In this document: one piece after another, positions 38,422-50,571 of the stretch
Numbering within the stretch: the stretch's first letter is position 1
How the letters are laid out: each line of letters opens with the position of its first letter
NCBI GenBank assembly: GCA_965262115.1
Contig: OZ253496.1
Coordinates: forward strand, 1,312,001-1,376,000
Length of the DNA stretch: 64,000 nt
Direction of reading: 5' to 3'
Source of the DNA: Nitrospinales bacterium
GTDB taxonomy: Bacteria; Nitrospinota; Nitrospinia; Nitrospinales; VA-1
Made by a program: the position numbers and the translations under genes
Notes under the pieces: generated by a model
The model's input: the letters and a program-made list of their open reading frames with translations, nothing else
What the model was told of the DNA's origin: nothing
Database searches by the model: none

Positions 38422-39063
38422 TTACTTTACCATTTCTAAAACGCGGGAAAAAATTTCTTCTACAGACCCTCTAGCTGTTACTGTTTTCAAATTCCCCTGT
38501 TTCTTATAAAATTCTTTTAAGGGCGCGGTGGACTTCTGATAAACCTCCAGCCGCTTCAAAATCGTATCCTTATTATCGTCCTGCCTCTGGGCCAAGGTAG
38601 CACCGCAACCGTCACAAACCCCCGAAACTTTTGGAGGTCGAGATTCTTCATGAAACATGGCACCACAATCCGGGCAGGTGCTTCGTCCGGTCAACCGGCT
38701 GATCACCTCTTTAGAATCAACTTCCAGATCCACCACATTGTCAATCGTCAAGCCCATTTCGGTCAATGTTTCCGAAAGCTTTTCGGCCTGAACGATGGTC
38801 CGTGGAAACCCATCCAGGATAAATCCTGTTTCACAATCGGCCTGCTTGATACGTTCCTTTATCAAGCCGATCACTACATCATCTGGAACCAGTTGACCCA
38901 CATCCATAAACGATTTGGCCTGAATGCCCAGCTTCGTATTATCCTTAACCGCCTGCCTCAAAATATCACCGGTGGATATCTGCGGGACCTGAAATTTTTC
39001 TTTCAGAATTTTAGCCTGGGTGCCTTTGCCGGCTCCCGGCGGGCCTAAAATAATCAATCTCAT
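38422..39063 (-). CDS. adk: Adenylate kinase
   Basis: GPPGAGKGTQ, STGDILR, LDGFPRT and a zinc LID with CxxC motifs. Confidence 0.97.
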   Translation of the reverse strand: MRLIILGPPGAGKGTQAKILKEKFQVPQISTGDILRQAVKDNTKLGIQAKSFMDVGQLVPDDVVIGLIKERIKQADCETGFILDGFPRTIVQAEKLSETLTEMGLTIDNVVDLEVDSKEVISRLTGRSTCPDCGAMFHEESRPPKVSGVCDGCGATLAQRQDDNKDTILKRLEVYQKSTAPLKEFYKKQGNLKTVTARGSVEEIFSRVLEMVK

Positions 39064-39066
39064 CAA

Positions 39067-40383
39067 TCAGCCTCTTCGGCTTTTCAATCGCCCCTTTTTC
39101 ATAAAACCGTCGTAATTTCTCATGACCAGGTGAGACTCAATTTGCTGCATAGTATCCAAAGAAACACCCACAACGATCAACAGGCTTGTTCCACCAAAGT
39201 AAAAGGGGATGTTAAAGTATTTTATCAAATAGTCCGGCAAAATACAGACTAAAGAAAGATACATGGCCCCATAAAACGTGATCCTTGAAAGGATCGTGTC
39301 GATGTATTCGGAAGTCTTGGCTCCCGGCCTGATTCCCGGCACAAACCCCCCATGCTTTTTCATATTGTCCGCCACATCAACCGGGTTGAAAATGACGGCT
39401 GTATAGAAATAGCAAAAGAAAAATATCGCTCCAACAAAAATCAGACTGTACACAATGGTTCCAGGGGTCAACAGCGCCGAAACCGTCTGCATCCACGGAT
39501 GACTGATAAACTGAGCAATCGTCGCTGGGAACATGATGATGGACGAAGCAAAAATCGGCGGGATAACCCCCGACGTATTGACCTTCAAAGGCAAATGCGT
39601 TGCCTGCCCACCCATCATTTTCCGACCCACCACCCGTTTCGCGTATTGGATCGGAATCCTGCGTTGCCCTCCTTCCGTAAAAACGATGACCCCAACCACC
39701 ACAACCATCAAAACCAGAAGGAACAACATAACGAGCACCGACATTTCGCCCGTACCCATCAAATCCATCGACTGAAAAATTGCCGCCGGAGTTCCGGCAA
39801 CAATTCCGGAAAAAATAATCAGGGAAATTCCATTCCCGATCCCCCGCTCGGTAATCTGCTCACCCAACCACATCAAAAAACAAGTTCCAGCGGTCAGGGT
39901 CAAAACCGTCATCATTCGGAACGACCAACCCGGTTCATGGACAATCATTCCCCCGCTCGGGCTTTTCATTGCTTCCAGTCCCACAGCGATGCCGGAACCC
40001 TGAATTGTACTCAGCACCACCGTTCCATACCGGGTGTACTGGGTAATTTTTTTCTGCCCCTGCTCCCCTTCCTTTTTCAATCTTGCCAGGGTGGGAGAAA
40101 CAATCGTCATCAACTGCAGGATGATCGATGAGCTGATATAGGGCATGATGCCCAACGCAAATATCGTCAACCGGCTCAATGCGCCGCCGGAGAACATATC
40201 GAAAAACCCCAGGATAGTGCCCTGGGCCCGAGCAAACAATTCTGCCAACGCCACAGAGTTGATTCCCGGAGTCGGAATATGAGCACCGATCCGATAAACA
40301 ACTATAAGTGCAAGCGTGAAAAGAATCCGTTTTTTTAGCTCAGGCACACGAAAAATATTGCCAAAACTCTCAGCGCCGCTCAT
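39067..40383 (-). CDS. secY: Preprotein translocase SecY
   Basis: [23 protein letters not shown] and [12 protein letters not shown] motifs. Confidence 0.98.
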   Translation of the reverse strand: MSGAESFGNIFRVPELKKRILFTLALIVVYRIGAHIPTPGINSVALAELFARAQGTILGFFDMFSGGALSRLTIFALGIMPYISSSIILQLMTIVSPTLARLKKEGEQGQKKITQYTRYGTVVLSTIQGSGIAVGLEAMKSPSGGMIVHEPGWSFRMMTVLTLTAGTCFLMWLGEQITERGIGNGISLIIFSGIVAGTPAAIFQSMDLMGTGEMSVLVMLFLLVLMVVVVGVIVFTEGGQRRIPIQYAKRVVGRKMMGGQATHLPLKVNTSGVIPPIFASSIIMFPATIAQFISHPWMQTVSALLTPGTIVYSLIFVGAIFFFCYFYTAVIFNPVDVADNMKKHGGFVPGIRPGAKTSEYIDTILSRITFYGAMYLSLVCILPDYLIKYFNIPFYFGGTSLLIVVGVSLDTMQQIESHLVMRNYDGFMKKGRLKSRRG

Positions 40384-40818
40384 TTAGAGGCTAACAGCCT
40401 TTCCCCCGGATTTTTCAATTTTGGCTTGCGCCGAGCCGCTGAATTTATGTGCGTGAACATTTAACGATTCCTTCAACTCGCCGCATCCTAGAATTTTCAC
40501 CAATCCGGTTTTTTTGATCAACCCCTTTTCCTTCATCACTTCCGGGGTCACCGGGTCAGCCCCGGCACAGCGAGCCAAATCGCTCACATTAACGATTTCA
40601 AACTGTTTCTTAAAGATATTGGTAAACCCACGCTTGGGCAACCTCCGTTGAAGCGGCATCTGCCCACCCTCAAACCACGGGTGTGGACTTCCGCCTGAAC
40701 GAGACTTCTGCCCCTTCTGTCCCCTGCCAGAAGTTTTTCCGGTCCCGGAGCCAATGCCACGGCCTATCCGCTTTCTATCTTTTCGGTCCGGTCCCTTCAA
40801 ATTTGATAAATGCAACAT
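40384..40818 (-). CDS. rplO: 50S ribosomal protein L15
   Basis: GRGIGSG...[16 protein letters not shown]. Confidence 0.97.
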   Translation of the reverse strand: MLHLSNLKGPDRKDRKRIGRGIGSGTGKTSGRGQKGQKSRSGGSPHPWFEGGQMPLQRRLPKRGFTNIFKKQFEIVNVSDLARCAGADPVTPEVMKEKGLIKKTGLVKILGCGELKESLNVHAHKFSGSAQAKIEKSGGKAVSL

Positions 40819-40847
40819 TCTTAATCCTCAGTAAAATTCGGGGCCCA

Positions 40848-41333
40848 TTATTTGCCGCGCATGCGGGCACATTCTTTTGCGTCGCGCAAAACGGTCAATC
40901 CTTGAATGGTCGCCTTGACCACGTTATGCGGGTTATTGGTGCGCAAACATTTGGTCAAAATATCGCGAACACCAACCGCCTCCAGAACCGCGCGGACAGC
41001 GCCACCCGCTATTAGACCGGTACCTCGTGACGCCGGCTTCATTAAGACCCGGCCCGACCCATAAGCCCCTATCACTTCATGGGGGATGGAAGAACCCTCG
41101 AGACTCACTGTTACCATGGCCCTCTTGGCTTTTTCCATGCCTTTGCGTATTGCTTCAGGAACTTCATTGGCTTTTCCCAAACCCCAGCCAATCTTGCCAT
41201 CCCGATTGCCAACCACCACCAGCGCACTGAAGCTGAAACGGCGACCGCCTTTCACAACCTTGGCTACACGGTTGATTTTGACAACCTTATCAACAAAATC
41301 TGTGGGTTTTTCCTGGTCCCGTTGTCGCAACAC
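40848..41333 (-). CDS. rpsE: 30S ribosomal protein S5
   Basis: [23 protein letters not shown]. Confidence 0.97.
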   Translation of the reverse strand: MLRQRDQEKPTDFVDKVVKINRVAKVVKGGRRFSFSALVVVGNRDGKIGWGLGKANEVPEAIRKGMEKAKRAMVTVSLEGSSIPHEVIGAYGSGRVLMKPASRGTGLIAGGAVRAVLEAVGVRDILTKCLRTNNPHNVVKATIQGLTVLRDAKECARMRGK

Positions 41334-41351
41334 TTCCTCCTGCGTTATGGA

Positions 41352-41717
41352 TTAAAATTTTATTCCTTTTTCCCGAACCGCATCGGCCAAAGCCTTGACG
41401 CGCCCGGCGTACAAAAATCCGTTGCGGTCGTAATAAACTTCTTTGATGCCCTTGGCTGCCGCCGCTTCACCGACGAGAGAACCCACCAACGTTGCTGCTT
41501 TGAGGTTGCCTCCGGTCTTCATCTGCTCTTTGAAGTTTGGCGAAAGTGTTGACATTGCCACAAGGGTTTTACCTTCATTGTCATCGACAATTTGAGCGTA
41601 TATATGTTTTGTGCTTCGGAACACTGTCAACCGGGGTCGGCTCGTTTGTTTCTGTACTTTGAGCCTAATCCTTCTTTTTCTTTGCAGTCGCAGTCGTTCC
41701 CGTTCAGAGGTTTTCAT
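41352..41717 (-). CDS. rplR: 50S ribosomal protein L18
   Basis: [16 protein letters not shown]...[19 protein letters not shown] at 41717. Confidence 0.96.
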   Translation of the reverse strand: MKTSERERLRLQRKRRIRLKVQKQTSRPRLTVFRSTKHIYAQIVDDNEGKTLVAMSTLSPNFKEQMKTGGNLKAATLVGSLVGEAAAAKGIKEVYYDRNGFLYAGRVKALADAVREKGIKF

Positions 41718-41721
41718 AAAA

Positions 41722-42270
41722 TTATCCTTTTGCCGCTGCCGCTTTACCGGCTTTTCTGCGTATTCTTTCCGTGGAGTACATGACCCCTTTTCCCTTATAA
41801 GGTTCCGGCGGACGGAAACTGCGGATCTCCGCGGCGGTTTGCCCAACCCGTTCCTTATTGGTTCCTTTTATAACAATCGTATTTTTTTTATTGTCCACAT
41901 CAAACTCAATACCTTCAGGTGCCGGGTAGTTGATCGCATGCGAATGCCCAAGGTTTAAAACCAGGTTCTTACCCTTGAGATCCACTTTATAACCCACTCC
42001 GACAATATTGAGTTGCTTGGAGTAACCATCCGTAACCCCTACCACCATATTATTGATCAGGGTACGCGTCAGCCCATGCAGGGAACGATCCAGCCTTCCG
42101 TCAGTCGGCCGAATCACGCTCACCACGCTATCCTTCAACTCAATCTTCATATTGGGATGCAAGTCGCGCTGCAACTGTCCTTTGGGTCCTTTTACTGCCA
42201 CGTTTGACCCGTTGACTTTTAAATCTACCCCGGAGGGTATATTGATCGGCTTTCTTCCAATTCGAGACAT
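41722..42270 (-). CDS. rplF: 50S ribosomal protein L6
   Basis: MSRIGRKPI...PEPYKGKG. Confidence 0.97.
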   Translation of the reverse strand: MSRIGRKPINIPSGVDLKVNGSNVAVKGPKGQLQRDLHPNMKIELKDSVVSVIRPTDGRLDRSLHGLTRTLINNMVVGVTDGYSKQLNIVGVGYKVDLKGKNLVLNLGHSHAINYPAPEGIEFDVDNKKNTIVIKGTNKERVGQTAAEIRSFRPPEPYKGKGVMYSTERIRRKAGKAAAAKG

Positions 42271-42353
42271 ATTAACGCTTCTATAAAATGTCGGTTTTAA
42301 TTAAATATCAGTTTCTACCAGGGAGGATTAATTCCCACAAGAGTCTTAGGGAT

Positions 42354-42746
42354 TTACCAGATGTGACCCAGCACTTCTCCCCCAACCCCTTTTTCCCTGC
42401 ATTCATGATCGGTCATCACCCCCGAAGAGGTGGACAGGATGGCAAGCCCCAGTCCGTTAAGAACCTTGGGGATCGCGTCCCGCTTGACATAGTTTCGCCG
42501 CCCGGGTTTACTGATTCGCTTGATCCCGCGAATCACCGACTGGTCATCTTTATATTTCAAATACACCCGGATGATCCCTTGCAAATTATCATCATAGATC
42601 CGTAAATTTTTGATATAACCCTCGTCCTTCAAAATCTCCACGATACGGGCTTTCATTTTTGAGCCGGGGACATCAATCCTCGGATGTCTGACCATCAACC
42701 CGTTTCGAATACGGGTAAACAGATCAGCGATGGGATCGGTCATCAT
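42354..42746 (-). CDS. rpsH: 30S ribosomal protein S8
   Basis: [13 protein letters not shown]...ISKPGRR...STSSG...GGEV. Confidence 0.97.
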   Translation of the reverse strand: MMTDPIADLFTRIRNGLMVRHPRIDVPGSKMKARIVEILKDEGYIKNLRIYDDNLQGIIRVYLKYKDDQSVIRGIKRISKPGRRNYVKRDAIPKVLNGLGLAILSTSSGVMTDHECREKGVGGEVLGHIW

Positions 42747-42783
42747 GTGGAACTATACTCCCAAAAAAAATAATTACATTAAA

Positions 42784-42969
42784 CTACCAACTCGCCTTGG
42801 TAACACCTGGGATTTCACCGCGTAAGGCTCTTTCCCGAAAACAAATCCGGCACATGCCGAATTTACGGAGAAACGCACGCGGCCTGCCGCAAATGTGACA
42901 CCGATTATACTGGCGCACCTTAAATTTCTGTTCCCGCTTCGCCTTGGCGACTAGTGATTTCTTTGCCAT
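42784..42969 (-). CDS. rpsN: 30S ribosomal protein S14 (short zinc type)
   Basis: 61 aa; RCHICGR...CRICFR. Confidence 0.97.
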   Translation of the reverse strand: MAKKSLVAKAKREQKFKVRQYNRCHICGRPRAFLRKFGMCRICFRERALRGEIPGVTKASW

Positions 42970-42975
42970 ATTCCT

Positions 42976-43515
42976 TTACTTTCTAATCGGTAGTCCCATA
43001 TGGGTCAACAAACACCGGCCCTGCTCATCATTTTGCGCTGAGGTGGTGATCGTGATATTCATTCCCTTTACCTTCTCAATCTTATCAAACTCAATTTCCG
43101 GGAAGATCAATTGCTCTTTAATCCCAATCGTGTAGTTGCCTCGCCCATCGAACGCCTTGGGAGGCAAACCCTTAAAATCTCGAACCCTGGGAAGCGCGAA
43201 CGAGACCAACCGCTCATAAAACTCATACATCCTTTTTCCTCTGAGGGTTACTTTAAGGCCGATGGAAACCCCCTCCCGTAATTTAAAATTGGAAATGGAT
43301 TTTTTCGCTTTGGTGATTATGGGATGTTGCCCGGTAATCACGCGCAACTGATCGATTCCCGACTCGATCAATTTGGAGTTCTGCAATGCCTCACCCAACC
43401 CCATATTGACAGTAATCTTTGTCATCTTGGGAGCCTGCATCACGTTACCAAGACCCAACTCCTTTTGGATGACGGCTTGATGTTTTTCAAAATAGGCTGT
43501 CTTCAAATTTGCCAT
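42976..43515 (-). CDS. rplE: 50S ribosomal protein L5
   Basis: KITVNMGLG, LPRVRDFKG and FDGRGNY motifs. Confidence 0.97.
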   Translation of the reverse strand: MANLKTAYFEKHQAVIQKELGLGNVMQAPKMTKITVNMGLGEALQNSKLIESGIDQLRVITGQHPIITKAKKSISNFKLREGVSIGLKVTLRGKRMYEFYERLVSFALPRVRDFKGLPPKAFDGRGNYTIGIKEQLIFPEIEFDKIEKVKGMNITITTSAQNDEQGRCLLTHMGLPIRK

Positions 43516-43516
43516 G

Positions 43517-43855
43517 CTACACCTTATCCAGGACATCACCGGTTTTCATACAAACGCGGACTCGTTTTCCATCTTCAATCTTTTTCAGCTTGGTTCGCAC
43601 TCCTTTGCCTACCTTATCGCTGACCAGCAGAACATTGGAGATATGAATCTTGCCCTCCTTCTCTATAATGCCGGGTTGCCGGGACTTACCATCGCCTTTC
43701 ATATGGCGCTTAACCATATTGAGCTTTTCAATCGTCACCCGCTGTTCTTCCGGGAAAATGGCGAGCAATTTTCCTTTCTTCCCCTTTTCCTTTCCGGCAA
43801 TCACCTGAACGATATCGTCCTTTTTCAGGTGCAGCTTATAAGGAGCCCTTTTCAC
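43517..43855 (-). CDS. rplX: 50S ribosomal protein L24
   Basis: VIAGKEKGKKG KOW motif and IHISNV. Confidence 0.96.
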   Translation of the reverse strand: MKRAPYKLHLKKDDIVQVIAGKEKGKKGKLLAIFPEEQRVTIEKLNMVKRHMKGDGKSRQPGIIEKEGKIHISNVLLVSDKVGKGVRTKLKKIEDGKRVRVCMKTGDVLDKV

Positions 43856-44223
43856 TACAGCACCTCCGGAGCAAGCGAAAGAATTTTCATATAGCGTTTG
43901 GCACGCAGCTCACGGCCCACAGGACCAAAAATTCGCGTTCCCACCGGCTCTTTAGTGTCACTGATGAGAACTGCGGCATTATTATCAAACTTGATATAAG
44001 TTCCATTAGAGCGGCGGATCTCTTTACGGGTTCTCACCACCACAGCCTTTTTCACTTCACCTTTTTTAAGACTGCTTTGCGGATCGACCTCTTTGAGCGC
44101 GACCACAATAATATCTCCAATGCGGGCATAACGGCGACGCGAGCCCCCCAGCACCTTGATACACTGAATCACTTTGGCTCCGGAATTGTCTGCCACATCT
44201 AATACAGTTCGTAGTTGAATCAT
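43855..44223 (-). CDS. rplN: 50S ribosomal protein L14
   Basis: MIQ...VADNSGA...GTRIFGPV...LAPEVL. Confidence 0.98.
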   Translation of the reverse strand: MIQLRTVLDVADNSGAKVIQCIKVLGGSRRRYARIGDIIVVALKEVDPQSSLKKGEVKKAVVVRTRKEIRRSNGTYIKFDNNAAVLISDTKEPVGTRIFGPVGRELRAKRYMKILSLAPEVL

Positions 44224-44492
44224 GACGCTTTATCTGCCTCCTCGCCTTTCTTGATGATTTCCACTAAACGCCAACGCTTGGTCTTACTCAAAGGCCGGGT
44301 TTCGCAGATGCTGATGAAATCACCAGGGCAGCATTCGTTCTTTTCATCGTGAGCGCTGAATTTGCGGGAACTCTTCACCACTTTTTTGAATTTAGGATGA
44401 ATGAACTTGCGCTCCACCCGCACGACAACGGTTTTATCCATTTTGTTACTCACCACAAGGCCCATCAGGGTTTTTCTAGTCGTTTTCTGCAA
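44220..44492 (-). CDS. rpsQ: 30S ribosomal protein S17
   Basis: [12 protein letters not shown]...[11 protein letters not shown]. Confidence 0.97.
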   Translation of the reverse strand: MQKTTRKTLMGLVVSNKMDKTVVVRVERKFIHPKFKKVVKSSRKFSAHDEKNECCPGDFISICETRPLSKTKRWRLVEIIKKGEEADKAS

Positions 44493-44537
44493 AAGCTTTT
44501 CCTATTCCTGTTTAATGTTCGGGATTACACCCGAGCT

Positions 44538-44774
44538 TTATTTATCAGAACCTGCTTTATTTTCTTGCTTCGCTGAACTTTTCTCAGAAGCCAGGGCTTC
44601 TTTCTGGATCGTTTTCAACCGGGCAATATCTCTTCTAAGAAATCGAAGGCGGCTGGGATTTTCTATCTTTCCCGTGGCCAATTGCAATCTCAGGTTAAAT
44701 ACTTCCTGATTGATGTCGACTATTTTCTCTTCCCGCTCTTTTTCGGAAAGACCTCGGACTTCTTCAGCTTTCAT
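44538..44774 (-). CDS. rpmC: 50S ribosomal protein L29
   Basis: MKAEEVR...FNLRLQLATG...RRDIARLKT. Confidence 0.95.
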   Translation of the reverse strand: MKAEEVRGLSEKEREEKIVDINQEVFNLRLQLATGKIENPSRLRFLRRDIARLKTIQKEALASEKSSAKQENKAGSDK

Positions 44775-44796
44775 AATATGTTTTTCACTTTTCCAA

Positions 44797-45207
44797 TTAG
44801 GCTTGCTTGACAACAAACCGGGTAGATACTGATAACTTATGCGCCGCCAGGCGAAACGCCTCCTTAGCAACATCTTCCGGCACACCCTCCATTTCATAAA
44901 GCATACGACCCGGTTTTACAACGGCCACCCAGAACTCTGGATTGCCTTTACCTTTACCCATTCTTGTTTCCAACGGCTTCTTGGAAACCGGCTTGTCAGG
45001 GAAAATCCGCAACCAGATTTTTCCTCCACGCTTAACATGGCGGGTCATTGCGATACGGGCCGCCTCAATCTGCCGATTGCTGATGCGACCACATTCCAAA
45101 GCCTGCAGACCGTAAGTGCCGAAATCCATGGAACCTCCCCGGTAGGCCGTGCCACGCATCCGCCCCTTATGACGCTTTCTATACTTAACTCTTTTAGGCA
45201 TCAACAT
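44797..45207 (-). CDS. rplP: 50S ribosomal protein L16
   Basis: [11 protein letters not shown]...RMGKGKG. Confidence 0.98.
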   Translation of the reverse strand: MLMPKRVKYRKRHKGRMRGTAYRGGSMDFGTYGLQALECGRISNRQIEAARIAMTRHVKRGGKIWLRIFPDKPVSKKPLETRMGKGKGNPEFWVAVVKPGRMLYEMEGVPEDVAKEAFRLAAHKLSVSTRFVVKQA

Positions 45208-45271
45208 GATGCATTTTCTCCAATAAACATTTATCGCCAGGCATAACGCCCGAACTCAGACCCCACACAAA

Positions 45272-45961
45272 TCAGGCCGAAGCTTTTCCCTTTTCTTTTT
45301 CCTGGAATCCTTTGGGCCGCTCAATCTCCTTACCCGGGAGAATATCTCCCTTATAAACCCACACCTTCACCCCAATAATCCCAAAGGTGGTGTGGGAATT
45401 CGCGGTCCCATAATCGATATCCGCCCTCAGAGTATGCAGAGGAACCCTGCCTTCCCGGTACCATTCACTGCGGGCAATTTCCGCACCGCCCAACCGACCC
45501 GATACCCGGATTTTAATTCCCTTGGCCCCAAACCTCAGCGCCGAGATCACACTCTTTTTCATTGCCCGACGAAACGAAACTCTTTTTTCCAATTGCAGGG
45601 CGATATTCTGTCCGATCAAAGCCGCGTCCAGCTCGGCACGACGCACCTCTTTGATATTGAGATTGACCTGCGTTCCAGACATAACCTTCTGCAATTCCTC
45701 TTTCAGCCTGTCAACCTCAAGACCCTTTTTCCCGATGATGATGCCCGGACGCGCGGTATGGATATTGATCCTTACGCGGTTTGCCGAACGCTCAATCTCC
45801 ACCCGGGAGATGCCCGCATGCGAAAGCGTCTTGAAGATATGTTTCCTAAGAGCCATATCCTCAAGCAACTGGTCAGAATATCCTTTCCTGGCATACCAGT
45901 TAGATATCCAAGTCTTGCTGAATCCCAACCTGAACCCGTAAGGGTGAACTTTTTGACCCAC
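45272..45961 (-). CDS. rpsC: 30S ribosomal protein S3
   Basis: MGQKVHP.GFRLG, RPGIIIG and [13 protein letters not shown] motifs. Confidence 0.98.
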   Translation of the reverse strand: MGQKVHPYGFRLGFSKTWISNWYARKGYSDQLLEDMALRKHIFKTLSHAGISRVEIERSANRVRINIHTARPGIIIGKKGLEVDRLKEELQKVMSGTQVNLNIKEVRRAELDAALIGQNIALQLEKRVSFRRAMKKSVISALRFGAKGIKIRVSGRLGGAEIARSEWYREGRVPLHTLRADIDYGTANSHTTFGIIGVKVWVYKGDILPGKEIERPKGFQEKEKGKASA

Positions 45962-45973
45962 GCTTTTATCTCC

Positions 45974-46315
45974 TTAAGATTCTTTTTCTTCCAGTATCAA
46001 AGTTATATGACTGGTCTTCTTTTGAATCATGGTTGCCATTCCTCTTGCTCTCGGCATATTCCGCTTCCAAGTTGTGGCTTGATCAACATGAACATTTTTA
46101 ACCACCAGATCATCCACATCAAGAACCTTATGGTTCTCTTCCGCATTTGCGATCGCAGATTTCAGCAGCTTTTGAAACTTTTCCGCCACCCGCTTGCGGG
46201 TAAACGTAAGAATATTGATGGCGTCGTTCACGTTTTTTCCGCGAATCAAATCGGCCACCAACCGCGCCTTGCGCGGTGCCGTTCGCGTATGTCTGAGTGA
46301 AGCTCTAACTTCCAT
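45974..46315 (-). CDS. rplV: 50S ribosomal protein L22
   Basis: PRKARLVADLIRG...SAIANA...PRARG. Confidence 0.97.
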   Translation of the reverse strand: MEVRASLRHTRTAPRKARLVADLIRGKNVNDAINILTFTRKRVAEKFQKLLKSAIANAEENHKVLDVDDLVVKNVHVDQATTWKRNMPRARGMATMIQKKTSHITLILEEKES

Positions 46316-46327
46316 GATGCCCCTATA

Positions 46328-46609
46328 TTACTTGGTGACCGCTTTTTTGGTTTTACCCCCATGCGACCTGAATGTCCGCGTAGGAGAAAATTCACCTAAT
46401 TTATGGCCAACCATATTTTCCGATATAAAAATAGGAAAGAATTTTTTTCCATTGTGTACCGATATGGTATGCCCAACAAAGTCCGGAGTGATGGTGGACC
46501 GGCGCGACCATGTCTTGCACACTTTCTTTTCATTCTTCCGGTTCATCTCTTCGATTTTGTCCTGCAAATGCGAATCGACAAACGGGCCTTTTTTTAATGA
46601 TCGAGCCAT
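46328..46609 (-). CDS. rpsS: 30S ribosomal protein S19
   Basis: [10 protein letters not shown]...TWSRRS...GHKLGEF. Confidence 0.98.
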   Translation of the reverse strand: MARSLKKGPFVDSHLQDKIEEMNRKNEKKVCKTWSRRSTITPDFVGHTISVHNGKKFFPIFISENMVGHKLGEFSPTRTFRSHGGKTKKAVTK

Positions 46610-46634
46610 TCCAAAACCTCAGTTTACAAACAGT

Positions 46635-47465
46635 TTATTTTCTCTTCTTACGACTGAGAATAAATTTATCCGATACTTTTTTAACCTTACGGGTCTTCAA
46701 TCCCTTGGCACTCTGCCCCCAGGGGCTACAAGGATGCCGACCTCCTGAAGACCTGCCTTCACCACCACCCATAGGATGATCCACCGGGTTCATCGCCACC
46801 GCGCGAACACGAGGCCGACGCCCCATCCATCTCACGCGCCCGGCTTTACCAATGGAAATATTTTCATGATCGGCGTTACCCACTGTGCCGATCGTTGCCC
46901 GACAGTTTTTATGAATCAACCGGACTTCCCCCGACTTGAGCTTGAGGTTTACATATTCTCCCTCTTTAGCCATTAGCTGGACGCCGCTACCAGCACTGCG
47001 GGCAATCTGCGCTCCCTTACCGGGGCGCATCTCTACATTATGAATCAAGGTACCTTCGGGAATATCTTTCAGGAGAAGACAGTTGCCGATGCGGATCTCA
47101 GCCTTCTCGCCAGACATCAACACATCCCCCACATTCAGCTTAGCGGGAGAAATGATATAACGCTTCTCGCCATCCGAATAAGACAGAAGGGCGATGCGCG
47201 CGCTACGGTTGGGATCGTATTCAATGCCCACGACTTTCGCCGGGATGCCATCCTTCCGCCGCTTGAAATCTATAATCCGGTATTGCTTTCTATGCCCGCC
47301 ACCCCGCCTTTTGGCAGTGATACGACCGTGGTTATTGCGTCCGCCTTTTCTTGCAATAGCAACAAGAAGACTTTTTTCGGGAGTCGATTTGGTGATTTCA
47401 TCGAAACCGGAAATAGTCATGGACCGCACGCCCGGTGATCTGGGTTTTAACTTCCTGATTGGCAT
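46635..47465 (-). CDS. rplB: 50S ribosomal protein L2
   Basis: [17 protein letters not shown] and [13 protein letters not shown] motifs. Confidence 0.98.
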   Translation of the reverse strand: MPIRKLKPRSPGVRSMTISGFDEITKSTPEKSLLVAIARKGGRNNHGRITAKRRGGGHRKQYRIIDFKRRKDGIPAKVVGIEYDPNRSARIALLSYSDGEKRYIISPAKLNVGDVLMSGEKAEIRIGNCLLLKDIPEGTLIHNVEMRPGKGAQIARSAGSGVQLMAKEGEYVNLKLKSGEVRLIHKNCRATIGTVGNADHENISIGKAGRVRWMGRRPRVRAVAMNPVDHPMGGGEGRSSGGRHPCSPWGQSAKGLKTRKVKKVSDKFILSRKKRK

Positions 47466-47471
47466 TACCGC

Positions 47472-47759
47472 TTACACTCCCTCAAAAATTTGAATTTTAT
47501 CGCCTTCTTTCAACTGAACCATGGCCTTTTTCCAGGCTTTCGACTGGCCCATAGCCTTACCAAACCGTCTGCGCTTACCTCGCACAACCTGGGTATTGAC
47601 GTGAAGGACTTTTACATCAAAAATTTTCTGCACCGCTTCCAGGATCTGGATTTTATTGGCCTCGAGGTTCACCCGGAACACCACCCAGTTTCCATCGGCA
47701 AGCATATCCGTGCCTTTTTCCGTGACCAGCGGTTTCTCTATAACTCGATACATGTCCAT
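47472..47759 (-). CDS. rplW: 50S ribosomal protein L23
   Basis: PLVTEK...ANKIQI...WKKAMV. Confidence 0.96.
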   Translation of the reverse strand: MDMYRVIEKPLVTEKGTDMLADGNWVVFRVNLEANKIQILEAVQKIFDVKVLHVNTQVVRGKRRRFGKAMGQSKAWKKAMVQLKEGDKIQIFEGV

Positions 47760-48385
47760 TAGTTCAACCGCTCCTCAATCTTTTTAAGCGCTTCGGGAGT
47801 ACAAACAATCCGCTCATGAACCAACAGGTCAAATACATTGAGCCCATCAACCAGAAGCACATCCACCTGGGGCAAGTTACGAACTGCCAGTTGCAGGTTG
47901 GTGTTTTTTTCCGAAACGAGAAATAGCGTTTTTGCAGGAAGGCTCAGACTGGTCAACAAAGCTACCGCGTCTTTGGTTTTGGGATTCTCAAGGTTCAGCG
48001 AATCAACCACCGTGAAGTTCTGCCCTTTGAGCCTTTCCGTCAAAACCGATTTGATCGCGAGCTTTTTAGACTTTTTGGAGAGCTGGAATGCATAACTTCT
48101 CGGGCTGGGCCCAAAAACCGTCATGCCGCCGCGCCAGATGGGTGATCGAGTGTTCCCCGCACGAGCACGGCCCGTCCCCTTTTGCCTCCAGGGCTTGGCA
48201 CCACTGCCATGCAACTCTCCCTTGTTCTGTTTGGTCGCCGCGTTTCCGCCTCGGCGGACCGCCAACTGCATGGTCACATACCTTTGCACCAGCTCTTCGC
48301 GAACCCGACTCTCAAAGACACTGTCGGGAGCCTCTACCGTCCCCACCTTTTTATTTTTACTGTCTACAATATCTATTGCCGGCAT
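47759..48385 (-). CDS. rplD: 50S ribosomal protein L4
   Basis: KPWRQKGTGRARAG...WRGG..FGP. Confidence 0.97.
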   Translation of the reverse strand: MPAIDIVDSKNKKVGTVEAPDSVFESRVREELVQRYVTMQLAVRRGGNAATKQNKGELHGSGAKPWRQKGTGRARAGNTRSPIWRGGMTVFGPSPRSYAFQLSKKSKKLAIKSVLTERLKGQNFTVVDSLNLENPKTKDAVALLTSLSLPAKTLFLVSEKNTNLQLAVRNLPQVDVLLVDGLNVFDLLVHERIVCTPEALKKIEERLN

Positions 48386-48402
48386 GACCAAAAACTCGTT
48401 TC

Positions 48403-49023
48403 TTAAGATTTAAATATACTGACGATTCCGCCATTGGCTCCGGGGACTGCCCCCTTGAGCAACAACACATTATTTTCGACATTCACCCGGACCACTTTCA
48501 GGTTTTTCAAGTGGGCTTTCTTACCACCCATTCGCCCTGGCATACCGGTGCCCTTTAGAACCCGCCCCGGATAAGTGTGCATACCTATCGAACCGGTTCC
48601 GCGATAACTTTCATGATGACCATGAGAAGCCGGCGCCCCGCCATAATTGAATCGCCTGAAAACTCCTGAAAACCCTTTTCCCTTGGTGACACCCACCACC
48701 TGCACACTGTCGCCTTCGCTGAAAATATCCACCTTAAGCGGTTTGCCCATAGCTTCGTCATCCACATCCTGCCCCCTGAACTCCTGGAGAATTTTTGCAG
48801 GTTCCACCTTAAGCTTGTCATAGAACCCCCGCAAAGGTTTATTAGTATGTTTCGGCTTACGGGTTCCATACGCCAGCATGAGAGCCTGGTATCCGTCTTT
48901 CTCTTCAGTCCGCTTCAAAACCGGCACACAACGCTCCACATGTATTACGGTGACCGGGACACAATCCCCCTTGTCCGTAAACACCTCGGTCATGCCGATT
49001 TTTTTTCCAATTAAAGCACTCAT
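48403..49023 (-). CDS. rplC: 50S ribosomal protein L3
   Basis: GKKIGMT, KGKGF.G and KGAVPG motifs. Confidence 0.97.
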   Translation of the reverse strand: MSALIGKKIGMTEVFTDKGDCVPVTVIHVERCVPVLKRTEEKDGYQALMLAYGTRKPKHTNKPLRGFYDKLKVEPAKILQEFRGQDVDDEAMGKPLKVDIFSEGDSVQVVGVTKGKGFSGVFRRFNYGGAPASHGHHESYRGTGSIGMHTYPGRVLKGTGMPGRMGGKKAHLKNLKVVRVNVENNVLLLKGAVPGANGGIVSIFKS

Positions 49024-49035
49024 ATTTTCTCTACG

Positions 49036-49344
49036 TTAAAGCTTGATCTCAATATCAACGCCCCCCGACAGATCCAGCTTCATCAGCGCATCTACGGTTT
49101 GAGGGGTCGGTTCGAGGATTTCAAGAATCCGCTTATGCGTTCGGATTTCAAATTGCTCGCGGGATTTTTTATCCACATGAGGAGAACGCAAAACAGTCCA
49201 TTTGTTTTTTATTGTAGGCAATGGAATCGGGCCCACCACTTTGGCACCTGTACGCCGAGTGGTTTCCACAATTTCCCCTACCGACCAATCCAGCAGTTTA
49301 TGGTCGTAAGCCTTGAGCCGAATTTTTATTTTTTGGTCAATCAT
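49036..49344 (-). CDS. rpsJ: 30S ribosomal protein S10
   Basis: [15 protein letters not shown] and [13 protein letters not shown] motifs. Confidence 0.98.
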   Translation of the reverse strand: MIDQKIKIRLKAYDHKLLDWSVGEIVETTRRTGAKVVGPIPLPTIKNKWTVLRSPHVDKKSREQFEIRTHKRILEILEPTPQTVDALMKLDLSGGVDIEIKL

Positions 49345-50534
49345 TATTCAACAACCTCGCCCACAACTCCTGCCCCAACTGTACGACCGCCTTCCCGGAT
49401 AGCAAAACGGAGTTCTTTATCCATGGCCACAGCCGTAATAAGCGTTATCTCCATCGCGACATTATCTCCCGGCATTACCATTTCAACACCCGCCGGCAAG
49501 GTTGCAACACCGGTCACGTCGGTGGTCCGGAAATAAAACTGCGGACGGTAACCATTGAAGAACGGCGTATGTCTTCCGCCCTCTTCTTTGGTCAGAATAT
49601 AAACTTCCGCTTTGAATTTAGTATGCGGGGTGATGGACCCGGGCTTGGCCAGAACCTGACCACGCTCGATTTCTTCACGCTTGGTTCCGCGCAACAGAAT
49701 ACCCACGTTTTCCCCAGCGCGCCCTTCATCAAGAAGTTTGCGAAACATTTCCACTCCGGTAGCCGTGGTCTTCATTGTCTCCTTAAACCCAACGATCTCA
49801 ATTTCTTCACCAACCTTGATGATTCCTGTCTCAATACGCCCGGTCGCAACAGTTCCACGCCCAGAAATACTGAAAATATCCTCAATCGGCATCAAGAAAG
49901 GCTTATCCACCGGACGATCCGGAACCGGGAAATAAGTATCGATAGCTTCCATCAACTCCCAGATACACTTTGTTTTTTCTTCATCATCCGGATTTTCCAG
50001 CGCCTGCAGAGCGCTTCCGCGAATCACAGGAACATCGTCTCCGGGAAATTCATATTTGGTCAACAACTCCCGCACTTCCAGCTCAACCAGGTCAAGCAGT
50101 TCAGGATCGTCAACCATGTCGCATTTATTCATGAACACAACGATCTTCGGAACACCCACCTGTCGAGCCAACAGAATATGCTCGCGAGTTTGCGGCATCG
50201 GGCCGTCATTGGCAGAAATTACCAGGATCGCGCCATCCATCTGCGCCGCACCGGTGATCATGTTCTTAACATAGTCAGCATGACCCGGGCAGTCCACATG
50301 CGCGTAATGCCGGTTCTCAGTATTGTATTCAACGTGAGCAATCGCGATGGTGATACCCCGCTCTTTTTCCTCAGGAGCCTTGTCAATTTGATCAAAGGCG
50401 ATTGTCTCAGCGAGTCCCTTCTTAGACAGAACTTCCGTAATCGACGCGGTGAGAGTCGTTTTTCCGTGGTCAACATGACCAATGGTTCCAACGTTTATGT
50501 GTGGCTTGTTTCGAACAAATTTTTCTTTAGCCAT
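49344..50534 (-). CDS. tuf: Elongation factor Tu
   Basis: [29 protein letters not shown] and NKCD motifs. Confidence 0.99.
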   Translation of the reverse strand: MAKEKFVRNKPHINVGTIGHVDHGKTTLTASITEVLSKKGLAETIAFDQIDKAPEEKERGITIAIAHVEYNTENRHYAHVDCPGHADYVKNMITGAAQMDGAILVISANDGPMPQTREHILLARQVGVPKIVVFMNKCDMVDDPELLDLVELEVRELLTKYEFPGDDVPVIRGSALQALENPDDEEKTKCIWELMEAIDTYFPVPDRPVDKPFLMPIEDIFSISGRGTVATGRIETGIIKVGEEIEIVGFKETMKTTATGVEMFRKLLDEGRAGENVGILLRGTKREEIERGQVLAKPGSITPHTKFKAEVYILTKEEGGRHTPFFNGYRPQFYFRTTDVTGVATLPAGVEMVMPGDNVAMEITLITAVAMDKELRFAIREGGRTVGAGVVGEVVE

Positions 50535-50571
50535 GCTGGTTCACTCCAAAGTATTTTCAAATAATTTTTAG

